NCBI GenBank assembly: GCA_043803945.1
Contig: JAZDJN010000021.1
Coordinates: 1 to 63,259, forward strand
Length of the DNA: 63,259 bases
Direction of reading: 5' to 3'
Origin: a bacterium
GTDB lineage: Bacteria > Bacteroidota > Ignavibacteria > UBA10030
Of the stretch, positions 1 through 9,443 are shown piece after piece (position 1 is the stretch's first letter; each line of letters begins with the position of its first letter). The position numbers and the translations under genes are program-made. Below the pieces are notes generated by a model. It was not told the origin of the DNA and did not search any database. It saw only the letters and a list, made by a program, of their open reading frames with translations.

Positions 1-67
1 ATCTGACAATTTCTTGCTGAATAGCAATACGAATAATGTCTGCATCTTTGATTTCGAGCCGTTTCAT
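1..67 (-). CDS. IS630-family transposase N-terminus (partial)
   Basis: Only 22 codons are visible; call rests on remembered family similarity plus the adjacent TA-ending IR. Confidence 0.55.
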   Translation of the reverse strand, partial: MKRLEIKDADIIRIAIQQEIVR

Positions 68-140
68 TTCATCTTTCCGCTTTTTTCTTTAATATAACGG
101 AAAGATATTTTATGCGCAATTATTTATGTCGCTATGTATA
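1..140 (-). mobile_element. Left end of an IS630-family element, truncated by the window edge
   Basis: A minus-strand ORF from 67 reads MKRLEIKDADIIRIAIQQEIVR, resembling IS630 ORF-A N-termini. The putative terminal IR TGCGCAATTATTTATGTCGCTATGTATA (113-140) ends in TA. Confidence 0.6.
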
Positions 141-310
141 GTTGCCATCCTCCGATGAAGGGATTACCAAAAGCGGCGATAATCGGACCCGCTAGTTAGC
201 ACGAGAAACTATCGCTACCCGGTTGATTTTATCCAGTTTATTCTTTTCTTTGGTGCAAGAATACCAGTACCCAACTAGTTCCTTAGTCGAATAATCATTC
301 TGTTTTTACA

Positions 311-1615
311 ATGACTCTTGAACTCATTAAGTTTTCATACCTGAGCGAATTTCTTCGTTTGCCGGTTGTACGGGCATCCGATAATTACCGTATCGGAAAA
401 CTCGTCGATGTCGCTGCATCGACGGGACAGGTCTATCCCCGTATTACCGGATTAATGGTAAAAACCAGAAATGACCGCCAGCCGATCTATATCTCCTGGA
501 ACCTTGTTACGCGCTTAGTTTTCAAAGAGCATCTCGCAGTCGATTTTTCACCCGATAGTCCGCGCCAGGCAACTGCGGCATCGGAACATGAAATTCTGCT
601 TTGTAAAAGCTTTCTCGATAAACAGATTATTTCCACCTCAGGGTATAAAATTGTCCGTGTGAATGACCTTCAGCTCCTTATCGAGGATAAGGCCAAAGAA
701 AGTACAAACCTCTGGGTTGTTCATATCGACATCGGGATCAAGGGATTGCTTCGACGGCTGGGATTCCTGCGAGCAGTGAATGCTGCTTTCCGCTGGGTCA
801 CCGATCGGGACATCAGAGATAAATTTGTCTCCTGGAAACATGTCCAACCCACAACGACTTCATCAGTCTACTCATCGGTACAGCTTAAAACTGATGCATC
901 GAGACTTTCCGAGATTCACCCCGCCGATCTTGCAGACATTCTGGAAGATCTGGGAACTGACGAACGTATCGGATTGATTGAATCGCTCGATCATTACACA
1001 GCGGCGATGACACTGCAGGAAATACAATTCAAACATCGTCTCCAGATTGCAGAATCCCTGGAGGTGGAGAAACTCGCCCAGATCATCAATGAGATGCACA
1101 GTGACGAAGCCGTCGACCTTCTCGATGAATGCCCTGCCGAGAAACGAAGCAAGGTCTATGCTGCCTTGCCGGAAGAGAAGGTGGCGGAGATCAAAGAGCT
1201 GACACAACTCTCAACGTACAGTGTCGGCAGCATTATGAGTACAGATTTCGTCACGACAAAAAGCGACGAAACGGTAGGCACAGTACTGGAACGCATCAGA
1301 GTCGAATGCGAGAAAGCTGAGATGTATCGTTATGCCTACGTTCTCGATTCCCAGGAACGGCTCATCGGTGTTGTTTCACTCAGGCAGCTCTTATTGAACA
1401 AAGCGGAAACGCTCATCGCCGATATTATGAGTGAACAACCTGTCACCGTCGAAATCGATACACGCATCCGTCGCGTGGCGCAGATTTTCTTTAAATATAA
1501 TTTTGAAGCGATACCCGTTGTTGACGATGAAGATCGCATCCAGGGCGTGGTTTCTCTTCGTGACGCCCTGACGGCATTCTTCCCTGAGGTGAAAGAGGAA
1601 GCAGCATTATCATGA
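311..1615 (+). CDS. PRC-barrel / MgtE N-terminal / CBS-pair protein (MgtE cytosolic region, no TM pore)
   Basis: LSEIHPADLADILEDL and DEAVDLL (MgtE-N); VGSIMSTDF and YNFEAIPVVD (CBS pair); no TM C-terminus; ATGA overlap with the next gene. Confidence 0.9.
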   Translation: MTLELIKFSYLSEFLRLPVVRASDNYRIGKLVDVAASTGQVYPRITGLMVKTRNDRQPIYISWNLVTRLVFKEHLAVDFSPDSPRQATAASEHEILLCKSFLDKQIISTSGYKIVRVNDLQLLIEDKAKESTNLWVVHIDIGIKGLLRRLGFLRAVNAAFRWVTDRDIRDKFVSWKHVQPTTTSSVYSSVQLKTDASRLSEIHPADLADILEDLGTDERIGLIESLDHYTAAMTLQEIQFKHRLQIAESLEVEKLAQIINEMHSDEAVDLLDECPAEKRSKVYAALPEEKVAEIKELTQLSTYSVGSIMSTDFVTTKSDETVGTVLERIRVECEKAEMYRYAYVLDSQERLIGVVSLRQLLLNKAETLIADIMSEQPVTVEIDTRIRRVAQIFFKYNFEAIPVVDDEDRIQGVVSLRDALTAFFPEVKEEAALS

Positions 1616-2868
1616 CACTTCTCAAACGTCTGAAAGATACTCCTGCCATACGCAACATCATCATTTTCATGGGCATTCTCGGCCCGGGAATTATTACCGG
1701 CAGCGTCGACAATGACGCAGGTGGAATTACAACATACTCTGTTGCGGGAGCAGTCTATGGGTACAAGCTCCTTTGGACACTGATTCCGTCGTTCATTGCA
1801 CTCCTGACGGTCCAGGAAATGAATGCACGAATGGGAATAGTCACCGGCAAAGGATTAGCCGATCTTATCAGGGAAAATTTTGGAGTCCGCATCACGTTCT
1901 ATATTTTTGTCCTTCTGCTTATTGCCGATGTTGGCAATACGGCAACAGAGTTCGCCGGCGTCGCTGGAAGTATGAATGTGTTCGGAGTGAGCAAATATAT
2001 TTCCGTGCCGATTGCCGCAATCGTAGTCTGGGTACTGGTCCTCAAAGGAAATTACAAGTTCTCTGAGAAGGTCTTTCTGCTCTTCAGCATCTTTCTCCTG
2101 TCGTACGTCGTGTCGGCAATTCTGGCAGGTCCTGACTGGAAATCCATCGGCCACGCGATGGTTACACCAACACTGCAATTCGACAGCATGTACATTGAGA
2201 CTGTTCTGGGATTGGTGGGAACCACGGTCGCGCCCTGGATGCAATTTTACATGCAATCTTCCGTGATTGAGAAAGGGCTGAAGATCAGTGATTACAAGTA
2301 TACCATTTGGGATGTGGTTCTCGGCTGCATTGTTACTATTGTCGTTGCCTTCTTTATTATCGTTGCTTGTGCTGCCACTCTCCACACTAACAATGTCCAA
2401 ATCAATGAAGCCAGTGACGCAGCAATGGCGCTGAAACCTCTCGCTGGTCAACTTGCCAGCGAATTGTTTGCCTTCGGATTATTCGTTGCCTCGATCTTCT
2501 CTGCGGCCATTCTGCCCTTGGCAACAGCCTTCTATGTTTGCGAGGCGTTTGGCTTCGAGGCAGGTATCGACAAAAAGTTTAGTGAGGCGCCACAGTTCTA
2601 TGCTCTGTTCAGCATTATTATCGCAATCGGCGCGGGAATCATCCTCCTCCCGGGTGCTCCGTTGATTGCGATCACCATCTGGACTCAGGTCTTGAATGCC
2701 ATCTTGCTGCCGATTGTCCTGATTTGCATGATGATCATTGTGAATAAGGTGGAAATCATGGAGCAGTATACAAATAATAGTTTCCAAAATTTCATTGGTT
2801 GGTCGACATCGATTATTCTTATCATTCTGAGTACATTCCTGCTGATCTCAGGATCAGGAGTCGGGTAA
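1612..2868 (+). CDS. NRAMP-family divalent metal transporter, NRMT (Mg2+)-type
   Basis: GPGIITGSVDNDAGGI replaces DPGN; QEMNARMGIVTGKGLADLIRE; GTTVAPWMQF; about 11 hydrophobic segments. Confidence 0.9.
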   Translation: MTLLKRLKDTPAIRNIIIFMGILGPGIITGSVDNDAGGITTYSVAGAVYGYKLLWTLIPSFIALLTVQEMNARMGIVTGKGLADLIRENFGVRITFYIFVLLLIADVGNTATEFAGVAGSMNVFGVSKYISVPIAAIVVWVLVLKGNYKFSEKVFLLFSIFLLSYVVSAILAGPDWKSIGHAMVTPTLQFDSMYIETVLGLVGTTVAPWMQFYMQSSVIEKGLKISDYKYTIWDVVLGCIVTIVVAFFIIVACAATLHTNNVQINEASDAAMALKPLAGQLASELFAFGLFVASIFSAAILPLATAFYVCEAFGFEAGIDKKFSEAPQFYALFSIIIAIGAGIILLPGAPLIAITIWTQVLNAILLPIVLICMMIIVNKVEIMEQYTNNSFQNFIGWSTSIILIILSTFLLISGSGVG

Positions 2869-2966
2869 GAATCATCCAGGTCGATCCTCGTGAAAGAGGT
2901 TATCTGGTGCCGCTTCAAAAAATAAAGGTTATGCTTTCTTTGTTGACTATTTCAATATAAGTCAGT

Positions 2967-3047
2967 ATCCCGCCTTTCGGCGGGACTCGTTTCCAGTAGA
3001 AGTAACGTATTGTACACTACAGCCTTATTTACTGGAAACAGAACTAG
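2967..3047. repeat. Two-hairpin intergenic element, copy A (related copy at 37702-37780)
   Basis: ATCCCGCC-N4-GGCGGGACTC followed by a GTTTCCAGTA...TACTGGAAAC stem. Confidence 0.65.
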
Positions 3048-3086
3048 TCGTCCAAGATTTTCATCATCCATCAGAAGGTTGCGATC

Positions 3087-3998
3087 ATGCTGAAATGTTA
3101 TACGATCTCCGAAGGCCGCATCATCGAGACAGAAACCGATGGTCCTATCCTCCTCTATATTAATCCTGAGGAGTCAGAGAAACGAGTGCTCGTCGATGAG
3201 TTTGGCGTTGATGAACATACATTAACCTCAGCACTTGATCCCGATGAATTGTCGCGGATCGAGTTTGAACCCACACACACTGCCATTATTTTCAAACGGC
3301 CAAAGAACTATTCTGCCCGGGACCATTTTGTTTTTAAGGTGGGATCGACAGGGCTTTTTCACTTTAAAGATAAGCTCATCATCGTGCTTGCGGAAGACCT
3401 TCCTCTCTTCGAGGCGAAACAGTTTCAAAAAATAACCACACTCAACGAGGTCGCACTCAGGCTGATCTATCGCTCAATTTTCCATTTCCTCGAACACTTG
3501 AAAATATTCAACATGATCTCCGACGAACTCGAGCGGAAGATTAACAAATCCATGGAGAACAAGTACCTTCTCAATCTGTTTACTCTCGAGAAGAGTCTGG
3601 TGTATTACCTGAATTCCATCAACTCCAATGCTGTACTCATCGAAAAGCTGAAACATAACTCAGCAAAACTCATGCTGAACACTGAGGAGATGGAATATCT
3701 CGATGACATTCTCGTCGAGAACAACCAGTGCTATCGACAAGCAGAGATTTATTCGAACATTCTCGCCAGCCTCATGGATGCCCGGGCCTCCATCGTGGGG
3801 AATAACCTCAACGTCCTTATGAAGACACTCAACCTCATCACCATCATGATCATGACCCCAACGCTTGTGGTGAGTGTGTTTTCCATGAATGTGCCAATTC
3901 CCCTGCAAGAACGAACGTATGCATTCTGGATAATCCTCACCCTTGCCCTGGCATCTGTTGGAGTCGTCATGTACATCTGGAGGAAAAATCGATGGTAG
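3087..3998 (+). CDS. corA: CorA-family Mg2+ transporter
   Basis: ALDPDELSRIE; SIVGNNLNVLMKTL; two C-terminal TM helices; the signature reads FSMN instead of GMN. Confidence 0.9.
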   Translation: MLKCYTISEGRIIETETDGPILLYINPEESEKRVLVDEFGVDEHTLTSALDPDELSRIEFEPTHTAIIFKRPKNYSARDHFVFKVGSTGLFHFKDKLIIVLAEDLPLFEAKQFQKITTLNEVALRLIYRSIFHFLEHLKIFNMISDELERKINKSMENKYLLNLFTLEKSLVYYLNSINSNAVLIEKLKHNSAKLMLNTEEMEYLDDILVENNQCYRQAEIYSNILASLMDARASIVGNNLNVLMKTLNLITIMIMTPTLVVSVFSMNVPIPLQERTYAFWIILTLALASVGVVMYIWRKNRW

Positions 3999-4029
3999 TG
4001 AAAGAAATCACAATGATGGGAGAGTACAC

Positions 4030-4518
4030 ATGCTGACACTGTTAAGAGATCTTTATGGTCATCAGGAATGGGCTGATGCAGAACTTTGGCGGGCAATTGA
4101 AGCATTACCAACTGCTATGGAAGATACAGCATTACGAGCGCGGCTCCATCATATTTTCCTTGTCCAGAGTGCATTCCTGTCCGTTGTTCAGAAAGAACGG
4201 TTCATCCGCAGCCGGGCAGAAGATTTTTCTGAACTTTCTGCTCTCAAGGGATCGGTCATTGCCGTTCACAAGAAAGCAGCCGGCTTTCTTGCTTCCTGCT
4301 CTGAAGCTCAGCTTGAAGAGATCGTTACTGTTCCCTGGTTTAGAAATCCACCTGTCAACCTACCGATTCGTCTGGCGTTGATGCAGGCTGCCATGCACAG
4401 TCACTATCACCGGGGTCAGAATGCCACACGGCTTCGCGAATTAGGCGGCGAACCGCCATTAACAGACCTCATCGTTTGGTATTGGAAGAACAAGCCTGAG
4501 GCTCAATGGGAATCATAG
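4030..4518 (+). CDS. DinB-family protein
   Basis: HQEWAD, LHHI and HSHYHRGQ His motifs; start reassigned to ATG 4030, after GGGAGAG. Confidence 0.85.
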   Translation: MLTLLRDLYGHQEWADAELWRAIEALPTAMEDTALRARLHHIFLVQSAFLSVVQKERFIRSRAEDFSELSALKGSVIAVHKKAAGFLASCSEAQLEEIVTVPWFRNPPVNLPIRLALMQAAMHSHYHRGQNATRLRELGGEPPLTDLIVWYWKNKPEAQWES

Positions 4519-4687
4519 AGCAACTCCATTCTCCTCGCTTGATCGAAATCTTCATTCTCTTCGTTTCCTCAATACAGTCCCGTTGTTTTTCAGGCACCAT
4601 TTGAGTACGTTTCCACAGGAAATGAATTATCCACTGTTCTTGTCATATCAATAATTACCAGAGCGAAGCGAGAGTTGGTGTGATGGA

Positions 4688-5545
4688 ATGAAGTACATCG
4701 GAATTGTCGGTTCAGGAGTTGAAGCTGCAGCCATTGCCCGCCTTTGTGCCCAGGCACAATTCGATGTTGTGCTGTATGACGTGAATGACACCCTACTTCG
4801 CCGAGCACTCGAAAGGATGAAGGGGGAATTCAGAGAGGAGTTAAAACGAGGCTCCATCACACAGGCACAGGTCACCGGTTCGCTGGATAGGATTCATCCA
4901 CGGACACATATCGACGGCCTGAGCCATTGTGACCTGATTCTTGAGATGGTAACAGAAGATCTTCGCGTCAAAAGAGACATGCTCATGCACCTGGAGGCAA
5001 CTGCACGTTCGACGACAATCCTCATCTCAACCTCAACCCGGTTTTCGATATCGAGTATTGCATCTGCTGCCAAGAAACCCGATCGTGTGCTCGGTGTTCA
5101 TTTTCTCTTCCCGATGAACTCGTCAAAAGTTGTTGAACTCGTACCGACGACGGATACAATTGAAGAGACAATACAACGAACCTCCGAATTCCTGCTGAAG
5201 CTCCGAAAGCAGCCGATCCTGGTGAAAGATTCTCCCGGCTCAATCGTCGGACGCCTGACGAGAATTTACTACGGAGAGGCAATCAGAATCCTGCATGAGA
5301 ATGTTGCCGGGGTGAACACCATCGATTCGATCATGAAATCCATCGGGGGATTTCCGCAAGGGCCCTTTGCCAAATTGGACGAGATTGGCCTTGACGTCGA
5401 CCTTCAACAAACTCAGGCACTCTTTGAACAGACCTCGGGAGATGAACGCTACCGGCCCCACCCTCTCCAGAAGCAAATGGTCGAGTCCGGAAAACTCGGG
5501 AAGAAAACTGAGAGAGGATTCTACCCGTACCCAACTCGGGTGTAA
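4688..5545 (+). CDS. 3-hydroxyacyl-CoA dehydrogenase family protein (degenerate motifs)
   Basis: GIVGSGVEAAAIA Rossmann-like start, EDLRVK, GVHFLFP, VKDSPG, FPQGPF, GKLGKKT. Confidence 0.85.
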   Translation: MKYIGIVGSGVEAAAIARLCAQAQFDVVLYDVNDTLLRRALERMKGEFREELKRGSITQAQVTGSLDRIHPRTHIDGLSHCDLILEMVTEDLRVKRDMLMHLEATARSTTILISTSTRFSISSIASAAKKPDRVLGVHFLFPMNSSKVVELVPTTDTIEETIQRTSEFLLKLRKQPILVKDSPGSIVGRLTRIYYGEAIRILHENVAGVNTIDSIMKSIGGFPQGPFAKLDEIGLDVDLQQTQALFEQTSGDERYRPHPLQKQMVESGKLGKKTERGFYPYPTRV

Positions 5546-5578
5546 CTGATAGCAGCATGGTACCATGATTATTTCCCC

Positions 5579-6655
5579 ATGAAAAAGAATTCAGTAAAGA
5601 AAACGAAATCCGACAGGAAGCAATTTGTCTCTGTGAAAAAGCTGAAGCGTAGTGCAATAAAAACGGTAAAGCAGACGCTCTCGACGAGGAGTAGCAAAAA
5701 ACTTCCAAAGCCGGTCAAGAAAAAGCAGGTGAGGCGGGCCCCAGAAGTAGGACCAAGGACTACCGCCAAGGTTCAGCAGCCTGAGACGGAAATCCTGCTC
5801 GTTCAGGAAGTTGAGAGTTTGGTTCAAGAGGTAATTCCTTCACAGGCTCCCCCGCTGGAGAGCGGCCCGAAAGCAGCAGCCGAAGTATTTCTCCTAGAGG
5901 AACAAAAGTCCAGCATCCTCTTGCTTGGTGAAAATGCCTTGATAGGAGAATATACAAGGACATGCTGCACTAAGGGATTTGAGGTGTACATCCTCGGTTC
6001 AGAAGAAGAATATTCCGATCTGTCAGAATACAAAACTTTAATCCATTATCTCGATCACATCCCTGAGCATAGTGTGGTCGCACTCGAGTTGACAAATACC
6101 AACCTCGAATTGAAAAAACAGAATCTCTGGAAACTCGATGTCTCCCTCCCTCCTTCTGCAACAATACTCAGTTCATCCATTACGGTGACCGCGACCGAGC
6201 AATCGAGCTGGATCATGCATAAACACCGCTTGGTCGGGATTGGGGCTCTGCCAACACTCTCCAACCGTCCAGCGATTGAAGTTGCACCCACAGTCTTCAA
6301 TCCCGATGAAATCATTGAAATCGTCAGAAAATTTTTCCATCATCTCGATAAAGAAATAATTCTTGTCCAGGACCGCATTGGCATGGTCTTTCCTCGCATG
6401 ATCTGCCAGGTGATAAACGAAGCTGCACACGCCATCCAGGAAGGGGTTGCAGATCCGAAAGACCTCGATATCGTTATGAAGGAGGCCTGTCAGTTTCCAG
6501 CAGGACCAATTGAGTGGGCTGATCGCATCGGACTGGACCAGGTTGTTGCCGTTCTTGCTGCGGTTCAGCAGGCTGAGGGTGGAGGACGGACCAGAATTTC
6601 TCCTCTTCTGCCGCTACTCGCACATACCGGGAAGTGGTGGAAACAAGATCATTGA
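5579..6655 (+). CDS. 3-hydroxyacyl-CoA dehydrogenase C-terminal-like protein with Lys-rich N-terminal extension
   Basis: VQDRIGMVFPRMICQVINEA, DLDIVMK, FPAGPIEWADRIG; the first ~55 aa are K/R-rich. Confidence 0.8.
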   Translation: MKKNSVKKTKSDRKQFVSVKKLKRSAIKTVKQTLSTRSSKKLPKPVKKKQVRRAPEVGPRTTAKVQQPETEILLVQEVESLVQEVIPSQAPPLESGPKAAAEVFLLEEQKSSILLLGENALIGEYTRTCCTKGFEVYILGSEEEYSDLSEYKTLIHYLDHIPEHSVVALELTNTNLELKKQNLWKLDVSLPPSATILSSSITVTATEQSSWIMHKHRLVGIGALPTLSNRPAIEVAPTVFNPDEIIEIVRKFFHHLDKEIILVQDRIGMVFPRMICQVINEAAHAIQEGVADPKDLDIVMKEACQFPAGPIEWADRIGLDQVVAVLAAVQQAEGGGRTRISPLLPLLAHTGKWWKQDH

Positions 6656-6674
6656 ACAGATGAAAGGATTGAAC

Positions 6675-7340
6675 ATGAACTCTTCCAGTACATTGAAATT
6701 AATCGTCTTAACAACGCTCCTGATCCTCACTGCGAGAGCATTGGTTGCTCAGCAAATAGCAGCCTCCTTCGAAGGAGAAATTATTTTCAAAATTCAGGAT
6801 ACTGAACAAGTTGCACTCTTTACCTGCCTAGTCAAAGGCGACCGTTTACGCATTGGATCGGTTGACGAAATGAGTTCCTCGCCTCTTTACTATGTTGATC
6901 TGGCATTGAATAAAGTCTATGCAGTCAATAGCGCCCGTGAACGGATTGCCGAATATTCACTCAATCCTCCCGGTGTTGATCCATCCTCCATAAAGCTCGA
7001 GAAAAAAGAAGAGACGGAAGAAATCGCCGAGATCTCCTGTATTCAATACTCGCTAAAAACGAAAAGTGGTGATGTAGAGCTTTGGGCAGCCAAGGCACTA
7101 GGAAGCCTGGGAGGATTTCATCTTGCGATGAGCAGCAAGGGATTTACGTTTACACCCTGGGAAGTAAAACTCCTTAGTATGAGTGCTACCGCATTGCGAT
7201 CTATTGAAAGAGATTCCAACGGCTATGAGGTGTTACGGTTCGAAGTGGTCAGAGTTGTGGAGAGACGTATTAATGAGATCCTCCTTAAGGTTCCCGGGAG
7301 CTTTGAGAAGGTTGAATTCAATCGCCTTATAAAGAGGTAA
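6675..7340 (+). CDS. Exported protein, DUF4412-like
   Basis: Signal peptide, FEGEIIF, ETEEIAEISCIQY, VELWAAK; start 6675 chosen from the AAAGGA RBS. Confidence 0.6.
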   Translation: MNSSSTLKLIVLTTLLILTARALVAQQIAASFEGEIIFKIQDTEQVALFTCLVKGDRLRIGSVDEMSSSPLYYVDLALNKVYAVNSARERIAEYSLNPPGVDPSSIKLEKKEETEEIAEISCIQYSLKTKSGDVELWAAKALGSLGGFHLAMSSKGFTFTPWEVKLLSMSATALRSIERDSNGYEVLRFEVVRVVERRINEILLKVPGSFEKVEFNRLIKR

Positions 7341-7348
7341 CCCTACAG

Positions 7349-8083
7349 ATGAACAGGTCGTTAGAATTCTCGAGAACCAAGAGGCCATTGTTCTTCGTCT
7401 ATGGCCTTTGTGGAATACTCTCCATGTTTCTCTTTATTCCCTTCTCCTATTCCCAGCCAAAACTTGCCACAAGCAGCCCGACAATTGATCTTGGGATTGT
7501 CTATAATGGAGCAACGAAAATTTTTAAAATACCCGTCAAAAATATCGGGAGTGATACCTTGAAGATTCTTGGAGTGCAGACATCGTGCGGGTGCACGACT
7601 GTCAAGCAGCCAAAAACTTCCTTACTGCCGAATGAATCCGATGTAATCGAAACCGAATTCCTCTCAACGGGATTCCGCGGAAAACTTACCAAATCCATGA
7701 TCATCGTATCGAATGATCCATTTTCTCCGGAAATCCGATTGAGCATTACGGCTGACGTGTTGGAAGAATTGGAACCTCTCTCAAATTCCGGGATAGTCTG
7801 GCTTGGAACATTGCCGATTGGCAAAGAGGTTACGACCCGCGCTGCTTTTAAAAATATCTCCGGCCGAACCATTACAATCAAAGGATTCACAACACCATCG
7901 CCACTGCTCTCGGTCCAGATTGAGAAACGTGCAATACTGCCTGCGGAGTCGTTGCGGGTAACTATTAAATTTACACCGCAGAAAGCAGAGTACTTTTCCG
8001 AAATGATCCATTTCCAAACCGACAGTAAAAAGCAGAGTGTGGTTCCACTGCGGGTCACTTTTATCGGAGTAAAACGCGATTGA
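7349..8083 (+). CDS. DUF1573 tandem Ig-like domain protein
   Basis: KNIGSDTLKILGVQTSCGCT; second Ig-like repeat FKNISGRTITI; N-terminal hydrophobic segment. Confidence 0.85.
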   Translation: MNRSLEFSRTKRPLFFVYGLCGILSMFLFIPFSYSQPKLATSSPTIDLGIVYNGATKIFKIPVKNIGSDTLKILGVQTSCGCTTVKQPKTSLLPNESDVIETEFLSTGFRGKLTKSMIIVSNDPFSPEIRLSITADVLEELEPLSNSGIVWLGTLPIGKEVTTRAAFKNISGRTITIKGFTTPSPLLSVQIEKRAILPAESLRVTIKFTPQKAEYFSEMIHFQTDSKKQSVVPLRVTFIGVKRD

Positions 8084-8556
8084 ATCAATTACGACAGGCG
8101 ATTCAGGAGGCAGGGATCCTCGCCATTGCAGCAGTCGTTGTTGCACTGCTCTACTCGCTGGCGACGGAAAAGGGGATCTTTGCAAGCACCTCTGTTGGAA
8201 CTACCTTTTCGAACCCGGTGGCAAATCTCGCTTCCATTACAGTCGAAGAGGCCAAGGCCTTATTTGATGGAGATGCTGCCCTCTTTATCGACTCGAGGCA
8301 TGAATTCGATTTTAAGTTTGGCCACATCAAGGGTGCTTACAATATTCCCTTGAAAGAATTCGATAAGAAAGTTGATACTCTCCGCTCAGTTCCCAAAGAC
8401 AAGGCTCTCATCGCCTATTGCGACGGTGCCGAGTGTAATTCGAGCATTGAGGTCGCAGCAAGACTGATGAACGCCGGATATACGAATATTCATATTTTTT
8501 TTGGCGGCTGGCAGTTGTGGGAACAACAGAAATTGCCGGTCGCTTCCCTTCGCTAG
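8080..8556 (+). CDS. Membrane-anchored rhodanese-like domain protein
   Basis: FIDSR, GHIKGAYNIP, YCDGAEC, FFGGWQLW; TTG start overlapping the upstream stop. Confidence 0.9.
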   Translation: MNQLRQAIQEAGILAIAAVVVALLYSLATEKGIFASTSVGTTFSNPVANLASITVEEAKALFDGDAALFIDSRHEFDFKFGHIKGAYNIPLKEFDKKVDTLRSVPKDKALIAYCDGAECNSSIEVAARLMNAGYTNIHIFFGGWQLWEQQKLPVASLR

Positions 8557-8558
8557 CA

Positions 8559-9071
8559 ATGGAAGAGCGCGTGGCATCGCATGTAACCATAAAGACTGTG
8601 TTTCAACGACTACTCCAGAACGACTACCTCATTCTCGTCGTACGGGCTGTGCTGGGCCTTCTCTTTATTATCGCAAGCGTCGACAAAATTGCAGACCCGG
8701 CATCCTTTGCCAAGGCGATTGAACACTACAAGCTCCTTTCGCCCGGTCTCTCGCTTCTCGCCGCGACGATTCTCCCCTGGATCGAATTGTTCTGCGGGCT
8801 TTGCATTTTTTTTGGACTCTTCGAACGGGGGGCTGCACTTCTCTCCTTGGTACTGTTGCTCTTCTTTACCACCGCTCTCTTTGTTGCTCTCCTTCGACAT
8901 CTGGACATCTCCTGTGGATGTTTCTCCCGCGATCCATCAACCGAAAAAATTAGCTGGACAAAAGTGATCGAGAATTGCGGATGGATCTGCCTTTCTCTTT
9001 TCCTGCTCTATGCAAAAAAAACAAGGTATTCTGTTGAATCACTCCTTGAATATTTACGAAACCAGAAATAG
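8559..9071 (+). CDS. MauE/DoxX-family redox-associated membrane protein
   Basis: RAVLGLLFIIASVDKIADP, LPWIELFCG, LDISCGCF. Confidence 0.9.
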   Translation: MEERVASHVTIKTVFQRLLQNDYLILVVRAVLGLLFIIASVDKIADPASFAKAIEHYKLLSPGLSLLAATILPWIELFCGLCIFFGLFERGAALLSLVLLLFFTTALFVALLRHLDISCGCFSRDPSTEKISWTKVIENCGWICLSLFLLYAKKTRYSVESLLEYLRNQK

Positions 9072-9443
9072 TGTTTTTGTGTTGAAGAAGGAGATGGTAG
9101 TATATTCCTTTTCGCGTTTACGGCATCGAAGCCTACCGCGAGGACGATTGATTTCAAAATTCTTATTCATTGAGAGAGAGATAAAATTTCTGGAACACAT
9201 CATGCCAATCCATTCCATTCAATTGTTGTGCTCGGTATCACGTTCCAGACGGAGAATATTGATTCTCCGTATTCATTTCTTTATACTATAGCAGTTAATA
9301 TATCTACCGGCCGAACGCATCGGTGTGGGGGGATTTAGCCTGTGGCGGAAGCACGATGCACACTGAACTCGAATAGATTTTCTTCAACATTTGAACCAAA
9401 AGTCTTTTCTTACCACTTAATAATAATCTGAAAGGCGGAAATC

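Noticed and set aside
134-199. Pro-rich mgtL-like leader peptide (MYSCHPPMKGLPKAAIIGPAS) upstream of the Mg2+ operon
   Set aside because: Its ATG lies inside the putative IS630 terminal repeat and it has no RBS, so it is probably coincidental.
141-310. M-box (ykoK) riboswitch expected before Mg2+ transporters
   Set aside because: No recognisable M-box consensus here or before corA.
2989-3039. GTTTCC...GGAAAC as a CRISPR repeat or hammerhead ribozyme
   Set aside because: Single unit with no array or cas genes; no CUGAUGA core in the required arrangement.
9072-9443. Riboswitch in the long leader of the secreted-protein operon
   Set aside because: No consensus I can recognise; an Infernal/Rfam scan would be needed.
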